From Laetmonice hystrix (taxonomy: Eukaryota): a DNA stretch of 64,000 bases. The notes beneath the pieces are model-generated. The model was not told where the DNA came from. It made no database searches and saw only the letters and a list, made by a program, of their open reading frames with translations. The stretch is taken from positions 5,272,001 to 5,336,000 of the forward strand of contig OZ249436.1 in assembly GCA_965235115.1 (NCBI GenBank), read 5' to 3'. Made by a program: the position numbers and the translations under genes. This document shows positions 23,886 through 35,800 of the stretch, one piece after another (positions within the stretch are counted from its first letter, which is position 1; every line of letters starts with the position of its first letter).

Positions 23886-26800
23886 TATACCTTGTAGCGA
23901 TTCCTCCCTGTACTGTTTGGCCTTCCTGTACCGTTTGCTTGTATACAAGAGTAGCCAGTAGTATAGGGACGCCTCATGTTTCATGTTTCCATGCCTTTAT
24001 TGTCCAGGAGGCAGGCCATACGTTTCGTTTATCATCTACTCCAATCTAATCTGTGTCCCCTACAGACCATCGGTAAGCGTCCGACAATGTTGTCAGGTCG
24101 TCCCAATGACTGTTTGCCGTAAAGGTTTTGTTAACAATGGCAAATGATGTTGTACGCCTTTTCTATATCAGATATCCTATCCCCAAGTAACAAACAAACA
24201 AAGACGACACATCTGGAGATTTTGCAGGCAGAAAACACCAGGGTGCAGCTCAGGTGACTGCACTGCCGCCTTCCGGCCACCGGTGGAATCACCACGTACA
24301 CCTGGCCGGGCTGGAAGGCACCTGTGGCTCTGAGGCGAGAGACAGGTTAAAGCAATGATAAGCGCAAAATGGCTACATTTTTGATACGTCAAATTGAAAC
24401 TACGCGCCCCAAAATTATGATTCTTAGGCCAGATGTAGAACTGTCAAACGTATAGGTCTCGTACGTTCGCTACACATATATAGTGGTGATGTGTACACTT
24501 CCCATTTGAGTATCTTCTCCAGATTTTAACATTAGAATGTCCTCGCCTGTATCTTTCATTTCCACTACCTCACTGTAGTGTTTGCATGGCTGCTATAGGC
24601 CAGCCGGTAAGATTTTGGGACTTCTCACTCTACTGGTTGGCCTCCCACAATGCTTGGTCCCACAGTGTAATGTTTGGCCTCAATGTACTCTTTGGCCTCA
24701 CTGTAGTGTTCGCTTGGGTGCTAGGCCACCCAGTATACCTTGTAGCGATTCCTCCCTCTACTGTTTGGCCTTCCTGTACCGTTTGCTTGTATACAAGAGT
24801 AGCCAGTAGTATAGGGACGCCTCATGTTTCATGTTTCCATGCCTTTAATGTCCAGGAGGTAGGCCATACGTTTCGTTTATCATCTACTCCAATCTAATCT
24901 GTGTCCCCTACAGACCATCAGTAAGCGTCCGACAACGTTGTCAGGTCGTCGCAATGACTGTTTGCCGTAAAGGTTTTGTTAACAATGGCAAATGACGTTG
25001 TACGCCTTTTCTCTATCATTAAGGATACCGATCCTATTCCCAAGTAACAAACAAACAAAGATTACACATCTAGAGATGCTGCAGGCAGGAAACACCAGGG
25101 TTCAGCTCAGCTGACTGCACTGCCGCCTTCTGGCCAGCGGTGGAATCACCACGTACACCTGGCCGGGCTGGCAGGCACCTGTGGGTCTGAGGCGAGAGAC
25201 AGGTTAAAGCAATGATAAGCGCAAAATGGCTACATTTTTGATACGTCAATTTGAAACTACGCCCCCCAAAATTATGATTCTTCGGCCACATGTAGAACTG
25301 TCAAACGTATAGGTCTCGTACGTTCGCTACAGATATATGGTTGTGATGTGTACACTTCCCATTTGAGTATCTTCTCCAGATTTTAACATTAGAATGTCGT
25401 CGCCTGTACCTTTCATTTCCAGCTACCTCACAGTAGTGTTTGCATGACTGCTATAGGCCAGCCGGTAAAATGTTGGGACTTCTCACTCTACTGGTTGGCC
25501 TCCCACAATGCTTGGCCCCACAGTGTAATGTTTGGCCTCACTGTACACTTTGGCCTCACTGTAGTGTTAGCTTGGGTGCTAGGCCACCCACTATACCTTG
25601 TAGCGATTCCTCCCTCTACTGTTTGGCCTTCCGGTACCGTTTGCTTGTATACAAGTGTAGCCAGTAGTATAGGGACGCCTCATGTTTCATGTTTCCATGC
25701 CTTTAATGTCCAGGAGGTAGGCCATACGTTTCGTTTATCATCTACTCCAATCTAATCTGTGTCCCCTACAGACCATCAGTAAGCGTCCGACAACGTTGTC
25801 AGGTCGTCGCAATGACTGTTTGCCGTAAAGGTTTTGTTAACAATGGCAAATGACGTTGTACGCCTTTTCTATATCAGATATCCTATCCCCAAGTAACAAA
25901 CAAACAAAGATTACACATCTAGAGATGCTGCAGGCAGAAAACACCAGGGTGCAGCTCAGCTGACTGCACTGCCGCCTTCCGGCCAGCGGTGAAATCACCA
26001 CGTACACCTGTCCGGGCTGGCAGGCACCTGTGGGTCTGAGCCGAGAGACAGGTTAAAGCAATGATAAGCGCAAAATGGCTACATTTTTGATACGTCAAAT
26101 TGAAACTACGCGCCCCAAAATCATGATTCTTAGGCCAGATGTAGAACTGTCAAACGTATAGGTCTCGTACGTTCGCTACAGATATATGGTTGTGATGTGT
26201 ACACTTCCCATTTGAGTACCTTCTCCAGATTTTAACATTAGAATGTCCTCGCCTGTACCTTTCATTTCCAGCTACCTCACTGTAGTGTTTGCATGGCTGC
26301 TATAGGCCAGCCGGTAAAATGTTGGGACTTCTCACTCTACTGGTTGGCCTCCCACAATGCTTGGCCCCACAGTGTAATGTTTGGCCTCACTGTACTCTTT
26401 GGCCTCACTGTAGTGTTCGCCTGGGTGCTAGGCCACCCAGTATACCTTGTAGCGATTCCTCCCTCTACTGTTTGGCCTTCCTGTACCGTTTGCTTGTATA
26501 CAAGTGTAGCCAGTAGTATAGGGACGCCTCATGTTTCATGTTTCCATGCCTTTATTGTCCAGGAGGCAGGCCATACGTTTCGTTTATCATCTACTCCAAT
26601 CTAATCTGTGTGCCCTACAGACCATTGGTAAGCGTCCGACAACGTTGTCAGGTCGTCGCAATGACTGTTTGCCGTAAATGTTTTGTTAACAATGGCAAAT
26701 GACGTTGTGCGCCTTTTCTCTATCATTAAGGATACCGATCCTATCCCCAAGTAACAAACAAACAAAGATTACACATCTAGAGATGCTGCAGGCAGGAAAC

Positions 26801-29800
26801 ACCAGGGTTCAGCTCAGCTGACTGCACTGCCGCCTTCTGGCCAGCGGTGGAATCACCACGTACACCTGGCCGGGCTGGCAGGCACCTGTGGGTCTGAGGC
26901 GAGAGACAGGTTAAAGCAATGATAAGCGCAAAATGGCTACATTTTTGATACGTCAATTTGAAACTACGCCCCCCAAAATTATGATTCTTCGGCCACATGT
27001 AGAACTGTCAAACGTATAGGTCTCGTACGTTCGCTACAGATATATGGTTGTGATGTGTACACTTCCCATTTGAGTATCTTCTCCAGATTTTAACATTAGA
27101 ATGTCGTCGCCTGTACCTTTAATTTCCAGCTACCTCACTGTAGTGTTTGCATGACTGCTATAGGCCAGCCGGTAAAATGTTGGGACTTCTCACTCTACTG
27201 GTTGGCCTCCCACAATGCTTGGCCCCACAGTGTAATGTTTGGCCTCACTGTACACTTTGGCCTCACTGTAGTGTTAGCTTGGGTGCTAGGCCACCCACTA
27301 TACCTTGTAGCGATTCCTCCCTCTACTGTTTGGCCTTCCTTTACCGTTTGCTTGTATACAAGTGTAGCCAGTAGTATAGGGACGCCTCATGTTTCATGTT
27401 TCCATGCCTTTATTGTCCAGGAGGCAGGCCATACGTTTCGGTTATCATCTACTCCAATCTAATCTGTGTCCCCTACAGACCATCGGTAAGCGTCCGACAA
27501 CGTTGTCAGGTCGTCCCAATGACTGTTTGCCGTAAAGGTTTTGTTAACAATGGCAAATGACGTTGTACGCCTTTTCTATATCAGATATCCTATCCCCAAG
27601 TAACAAACAAACAAAGATTACACATCTAGAGATGCTGCAGGCAGAAAACACCAGGGTGCAGCTCAGCTGACTGCACTGCCGCCTTCCGGCCAGTGGTGGA
27701 ATCACCACGTACACCTGTACGGGCTGGCAGGCACCTGTGGGTCTGAGGCGAGAGACAGGTTAAAGCAATGATAAGCGCAAAATGGCTACATTTTTGATAC
27801 GTCAAATTGAAACTACGCGCCCCAAAATCATGATTCTTAGGCCAGATGTAGAACTGTCAAACGTATAGGTCTCGTACGTTCGCTACAGATATATGGTTGT
27901 GATGTGTACACTTCCCATTTGAGTACCTTCTCCAGATTTTAACATTAGAATGTCCTCGCCTGTACCTTTCATTTCCAGCTACCTCACTGTAGTGTTTGCA
28001 TGGCTGCTATAGGCCAGCCGGTAAAATGTTGGGACTTCTCACTCTACTGGTTGGCCTCCCACAATGCTTGGCCCCACAGTGTAATGTTTGGCCTCACTGT
28101 ACTCTTTGGCCTCACTGTAGTGTTCGCCTGGGTGCTAGGCCACCCAGTATACCTTGTAGCGATTCCTCCCTCTACTGTTTGGCCTTCCTGTACCGTTTGC
28201 TTGTATACAAGAGTAGCCAGTAGTATAGGGACGCCTCATGTTTCATGTTTCCATGCTTTTATTGTCCAGGAGGCAGGCCATACGTTTCGTTTATCATCTT
28301 CTCCAATCTAATCTGTGTGCCCTACAGACCATCGGTAAGCGTCCGACAACGTTGTCAGGTCGTCGCAATGACTGTTTGCCGTAAAGGTTTTGTTAACAAT
28401 GGCAAATGACGTTGTACGCCTTTTCTCTATCATTGGGGATACCGATCCTATCCCCAAGTAACAAACAAACAAAGATTACACATCTAGAGATGCTGCAGGC
28501 AGAAAACACCAGGGTGCAGCTCAGCTGACTGCACTGCCGCCTTCTGGCCAGCGGTGGAATCACCACGTACACCTGGCCGGGCTGGCAGGCACCTGTGGGT
28601 CTGAGGCGAGAGACAGGTTAAAGCAATGATAAGCGCAAAATGGCTACATTTTTGATACGTCAATTTGAAACTACGCCCCCCAAAATTATGATTCTTCGGC
28701 CACATGTAGAACTGTCAAACTTATAGGTCTCGTACGTTCGCTACAGATATATGGTTGTGATGTGTACACTTCCCATTTGAGTATCTTCTCCAGATTTTAA
28801 CATTAGAATGTCGTCGCCTGTACCTTTCATTTCTAGCTACCTCACTGTAGTGTTTGCATGACTGCTATAGGCCAGCCGGTAAAATGTTGGGACTTCTCAC
28901 TCTACTGGTTGGCTTCCCACAATGCTTGGCCCCACAGTGTAATGTTTGGCCTCACTGTACACTTTGGCCTCACTGTAGTGTTAGCTTGGGTGGTAGGCCA
29001 CCCAGTATACCTTGTAGCGATTCTTCCCTCTACTGTTTGGCCTTCCTTTACCGTTTGCTTGTATACAAGTGTAGCCAGTAGTATAGGGACGCCTCATGTT
29101 TCATGTTTCCATGCCTTTATTGTCCAGGAGGCAGGCCATACGTTTCGGTTATCATCTACTCCAATCTAATCTGTGTCCCCTACAGACGATCGGTAAGCGT
29201 CCGACAACGTTGTCAGGTCGTCGCAATGACTGTTTGCCGTAAAGGTTTTGTTAACAATGGCAAATGACGTTGTACGCCTTTTCTATATCAAATATCCTAT
29301 CCCCAAGTAACAAACAAACAAAGATTACACATCTTGAGATGCTGCAGGCAGAAAACACCAGGGTGCAGCTCAGCTGACTGCACTGCCGCCTTCCGGCCAG
29401 CGGTGAAATCACCACGTACACCTGTCCGGGCTGGCAGGCACCTGTGGGTCTGAGCCGAGAGACAGGTTAAAGCAATGATAAGCGCAAAATGGCTACATTT
29501 TTGATACGTCAAATTGAAACTACGCGCCCCAAAATCATGATTCTTAGGCCAGATGTAGAACTGTCAAACGTATAGGTCTCGTACGTTCGCTACAGATATA
29601 TGGTTGTGATGTGTACACTTCCCATTTGAGTACCTTCTCATGATTTTAACATTAGAATGTCCTCGCCTGTACCTTTCATTTCCAGCTACCTCACTGTAGT
29701 GTTTGCATGGCTGCTATCGGCCAGCCGGTAAAATGTTGGGACTTCTCACTCTACTGGTTGGCCTCCCACAATGCTTGGCCCCACAGTGTAATGTTTGGCC

Positions 29801-32800
29801 TCACTGTACTCTTTGGCCTCACTGTAGTGTTCGCCTGGGTGCTAGGCCACCCAGTATACCTTGTAGCGATTCCTCCCTCTACTGTTTGGCCTTCCTGTAC
29901 CGTTTGCTTGTATACAAGAGTAGCCAGTAGTATAGGGACGCCTCATGTTTCATGTTTCCATGCCTTTATTGTCCAGGAGGCAGGCCATACGTTTCGGTTA
30001 TCATCTACTCCTATCTAATCTGTGTGCCCTACAGACCATCGGTAAGCGTCCGACAACGTTGTCAGGTCGATGCAATGACTGTTTGCCGTAAATGTTTTGT
30101 TAACAATGGCAAATGACGTTGTACGCCTTTTCTCTATCATTAAGGATACCGATCCTATCCCCAAGTAACAAACAAACAAAGATTACACATCTAGAGATGC
30201 TGCAGGCAGGAAACACCAGGGTTCAGCTCAGCTGACTGCACTGCCGCCTTCTGGCCAGCGGTGGAATCACCACGTACACCTGGCCGGGCTGGCAGGCACC
30301 TGTGGGTCTGAGGCGAGAGACAGGTTAAAGCAATGATAAGCGCAAAATGGCTACATTTTTGATACGTCAATTTGAAACTACGCCCCCCAAAATTATGATT
30401 CTTCGGCCACATGTAGAACTGTCAAACGTATAGGTCTCGTACGTTCGCTACAGATATATGGTTGTGATGTGTACACTTCCCATTTGAGTATCTTCTCCAG
30501 ATTTTAACATTAGAATGTCGTCGCCTGTACCTTTCATTTCCAGCTACCTCACTGTAGTGTTTGCATGACTGCTATAGGCCAGCCGGTAAAATGTTGGGAC
30601 TTCTCACTCTACTGGTTGGCCTCCCACAATGCTTGGCCCCACAGTGTAATGTTTGGCCTCACTGTACACTTTGGCCTCACTGTAGTGTTAGCTTGGGTGC
30701 TAGGCCACCCACTATACCTTGTAGCGATTCCTCCCTCTACTGTTTGGCCTTCCGGTACCGTTTGCTTGTATACAAGTGTAGCCAGTAGTATAGGGACGCC
30801 TCATGTTTCATGTTTCCATGCCTTTATTGCCCAGGAGGCAGGCCATACGTTTCGGTTATCATCTACTCCAATCTAATCTGTGTCCCCTACAGACCATCGG
30901 TAAGCGTCCGACAACGTTGTCAGGTCGTCCCAATGACTGTTTGCCGTAAAGGTTTTGTTAACAATGGCAAATGACGTTGTACGCCTTTTCTATATCAGAT
31001 TTCCTATCCCCAAGTAACAAACAAACAAAGATTACACATCTAGAGATGCTGCAGGCAGAAAACACCAGGGTGCAGCTCAGCTGACTGCACTGCCGCCTTC
31101 CGGCCAGTGGTGAAATCACCACGTACACCTGTACGGGCTGGCAGGCACCTGTGGGTCTGAGGCGAGAGACAGGTTAAAGCAATGATAAGCGCAAAATGGC
31201 TACATTTTTGATACGTCAAATTGAAACTACGCGCCCCAAAATCATGATTCTTAGGCCAGATGTAGAACTGTCAAACGTATAGGTCTCGTACGTTCGCTAC
31301 AGATATATGGTTGTGATGTGTACACTTCCCATTTGACTACCTTCTCCAGATTTTAACATTAGAATGTCCTCGCCTGTACCTTTCATTTCCAGCTACCTCA
31401 CTGTAGTGTTTGCATGGCTGCTATAGGCCAGCCGGTAAAATGTTGGGACTTCTCACTCTACTGGTTGGCCTCCCACAATGCTTGGCCCCACAGTGTAATG
31501 TTTGGCCTCACTGTACTCTTTGGCCTCACTGTAGTGTTCGCCTGGGTGCTAGGCCACCCGTATACCTTGTAGCGATTCCTCCCTCTACTGTTTGGCCTTC
31601 CTGTACCGTTTGCTTGTATACAAGAGTAGCCAGTAGTATAGGGACGCCTCATGTTTCATGTTTCCATGCTTTTATTGTCCAGGAGGCAGGCCATACGTTT
31701 CGTTTATCATCTTCTCCAATCTAATCTGTGTGCCCTACAGACCATCGGTAAGCGTCCGACAACGTTGTCAGGTCGTCGCAATGACTGTTTGCCGTAAAGG
31801 TTTTGTTAACAATGGCAAATGACGTTGTACGCCTTGTCTCTATCATTGGGGATACCGATCCTATCCCCAAGTAACAAACAAACAAAGATTACACATCTAG
31901 AGATGCTGCAGGCAGAAAACACCAGGGTGCAGCTCAGCTGACTGCACTGCCGCCTTCTGGCCAGCGGTGGAATCACCACGTACACCTGGCCGGGCTGGCA
32001 GGCACCTGTGGGTCTGAGGCGAGAGACAGGTTAAAGCAATGATAAGCGCAAAATGGCTACATTTTTGATACGTCAATTTGAAACTACGCCCCCCAAAATT
32101 ATGATTCTTCGGCCACATGTAGAACTGTCAAACGTATAGGTCTCGTACGTTCGCTACAGATATATGGTTGTGATGTGTACACTTCCCATTTGAGTATCTT
32201 CTCCAGATTTTAACATTAGAATGTCGTCGCCTGTACCTTTCATTTCTAGCTACCTCACTGTATTTTTTGCATGACTGCTATAGGCCAGCCGGTAAAATGT
32301 TGGGACTTCTCACTCTACTGGTTGGCTTCCCACAATGCTTGGCCCCACAGTGTAATGTTTGGCCTCACTGTACACTTTGGCCTCACTGTAGTGTTAGCTT
32401 GGGTGCTAGGCCACCCAGTATACCTTGTAGCGATTCCTCCCTCTACTGTTTGGCCTTCCTGTACCGTTTGCTTGTATACAAGAGTAGCCAGTAGTATAGG
32501 GACGCCTCATGTTTCATGTTTCCATGCCTTTATTGTCCAGAAGGCAGGCCATACGTTTCGTTTATCATCTACTCCAATCTAATCTGTGTGCCCTACAGAC
32601 CATCGGTAAGCGTCCGACAACGTTGTCAGGTCGTCGCAATGACTGTTTGCCGTAAAGGTTTTGTTAACAATGGCAAATGACGTTGTACGCCTTTTCTATA
32701 TCAGATTTCCTATCCCCAAGTAACAAACAAACAAAGATTACACATCTAGAGATGCTGCAGGCAGAAAACACCAGGGTGCAGCTCAGCTGACTGCACTGCC

Positions 32801-35800
32801 GCCTTCCGGCCAGTGGTGAAATCACCACGTACACCTGTACGGGCTGGCAGGCACCTGTTGGTCTGAGGCGAGAGACAGGTTAAAGCAATGATAAGCGCAA
32901 AATGGCTACATTTTTGATACGTCAAATTGAAACTACGCGCCCCAAAATCATGATTCTTAGGCCAGATGTAGAACTGTCAAACGTATAGGTCTCGTACGTT
33001 CGCTACAGATATATGGTTGTGATGTGTACACTTCCCATTTGAGTACCTTCTCATGATTTTAACATTAGAATGTCCTCGCCTGTACCTTTCATTTCCAGCT
33101 ACCTCACTGTAGTGTTTGCATGGCTGCTATCGGCCAGCCGGTAAAATGTTGGGACTTCTCACTCTACTGGTTGGCCTCCCACAATGCTTGGCCCCACAGT
33201 GTAATGTTTGGCCTCACTGTACTCTTTGGCCTCACTGTAGTGTTCGCCTGGGTGCTAGGCCACCCAGTATACCTTGTAGCGATTCCTCCCTCTACTGTTT
33301 GGCCTTCCTGTACCGTTTGCTTGTATACAAGAGTAGCCAGTAGTATAGGGACGCCTCATGTTTCATGTTTCCATGCCTTTATTGTCCAGGAGGCAGGCCA
33401 TACGTTTCGGTTATCATCTACTCCTATCTAATCTGTGTGCCCTACAGACCATCGGTAAGCGTCCGACAACGTTGTCAGGTCGATGCAATGACTGTTTGCC
33501 GTAAATGTTTTGTTAACAATGGCAAATGACGTTGTACGCCTTTTCTCTATCATTAAGGATACCGATCCTATCCCCAAGTAACAAACAAACAAAGATTACA
33601 CATCTAGAGATGCTGCAGGCAGGAAACACCAGGGTTCAGCTCAGCTGACTGCACTGCCGCCTTCTGGCCAGCGGTGGAATCACCACGTACACCTGGCCGG
33701 GCTGGCAGGCACCTGTGGGTCTGAGGCGAGAGACAGGTTAAAGCAATGATAAGCGCAAAATGGCTACATTTTTGATACGTCAATTTGAAACTACGCCCCC
33801 CAAAATTATGATTCTTCGGCCACATGTAGAACTGTCAAACGTATAGGTCTCGTACGTTCGCTACAGATATATGGTTGTGATGTGTACACTTCCCATTTGA
33901 GTATCTTCTCCAGATTTTAACATTAGAATGTCGTCGCCTGTACCTTTCATTTCCAGCTACCTCACTGTAGTGTTTGCATGACTGCTATAGGCCAGCCGGT
34001 AAAATGTTGGGACTTCTCACTCTACTGGTTGGCCTCCCACAATGCTTGGCCCCACAGTGTAATGTTTGGCCTCACTGTACACTTTGGCCTCACTGTAGTG
34101 TTAGCTTGGGTGCTAGGCCACCCACTATACCTTGTAGCGATTCCTCCCTCTACTGTTTGGCCTTCCGGTACCGTTTGCTTGTATACAAGTGTAGCCAGTA
34201 GTATAGGGACGCCTCATGTTTCATGTTTCCATGCCTTTATTGCCCAGGAGGCAGGCCATACGTTTCGGTTATCATCTACTCCAATCTAATCTGTGTCCCC
34301 TACAGACCATCGGTAAGCGTCCGACAACGTTGTCAGGTCGTCCCAATGACTGTTTGCCGTAAAGGTTTTGTTAACAATGGCAAATGACGTTGTACGCCTT
34401 TTCTATATCAGATTTCCTATCCCCAAGTAACAAACAAACAAAGATTACACATCTAGAGATGCTGCAGGCAGAAAACACCAGGGTGCAGCTCAGCTGACTG
34501 CACTGCCGCCTTCCGGCCAGTGGTGAAATCACCACGTACACCTGTACGGGCTGGCAGGCACCTGTGGGTCTGAGGCGAGAGACAGGTTAAAGCAATGATA
34601 AGCGCAAAATGGCTACATTTTTGATACGTCAAATTGAAACTACGCGCCCCAAAATCATGATTCTTAGGCCAGATGTAGAACTGTCAAACGTATAGGTCTC
34701 GTACGTTCGCTACAGATATATGGTTGTGATGTGTACACTTCCCATTTGACTACCTTCTCCAGATTTTAACATTAGAATGTCCTCGCCTGTACCTTTCATT
34801 TCCAGCTACCTCACTGTAGTGTTTGCATGGCTGCTATAGGCCAGCCGGTAAAATGTTGGGACTTCTCACTCTACTGGTTGGCCTCCCACAATGCTTGGCC
34901 CCACAGTGTAATGTTTGGCCTCACTGTACTCTTTGGCCTCACTGTAGTGTTCGCCTGGGTGCTAGGCCACCCGTATACCTTGTAGCGATTCCTCCCTCTA
35001 CTGTTTGGCCTTCCTGTACCGTTTGCTTGTATACAAGAGTAGCCAGTAGTATAGGGACGCCTCATGTTTCATGTTTCCATGCTTTTATTGTCCAGGAGGC
35101 AGGCCATACGTTTCGTTTATCATCTTCTCCAATCTAATCTGTGTGCCCTACAGACCATCGGTAAGCGTCCGACAACGTTGTCAGGTCGTCGCAATGACTG
35201 TTTGCCGTAAAGGTTTTGTTAACAATGGCAAATGACGTTGTACGCCTTGTCTCTATCATTGGGGATACCGATCCTATCCCCAAGTAACAAACAAACAAAG
35301 ATTACACATCTAGAGATGCTGCAGGCAGAAAACACCAGGGTGCAGCTCAGCTGACTGCACTGCCGCCTTCTGGCCAGCGGTGGAATCACCACGTACACCT
35401 GGCCGGGCTGGCAGGCACCTGTGGGTCTGAGGCGAGAGACAGGTTAAAGCAATGATAAGCGCAAAATGGCTACATTTTTGATACGTCAATTTGAAACTAC
35501 GCCCCCCAAAATTATGATTCTTCGGCCACATGTAGAACTGTCAAACGTATAGGTCTCGTACGTTCGCTACAGATATATGGTTGTGATGTGTACACTTCCC
35601 ATTTGAGTATCTTCTCCAGATTTTAACATTAGAATGTCGTCGCCTGTACCTTTCATTTCTAGCTACCTCACTGTATTTTTTGCATGACTGCTATAGGCCA
35701 GCCGGTAAAATGTTGGGACTTCTCACTCTACTGGTTGGCTTCCCACAATGCTTGGCCCCACAGTGTAATGTTTGGCCTCACTGTACACTTTGGCCTCACT

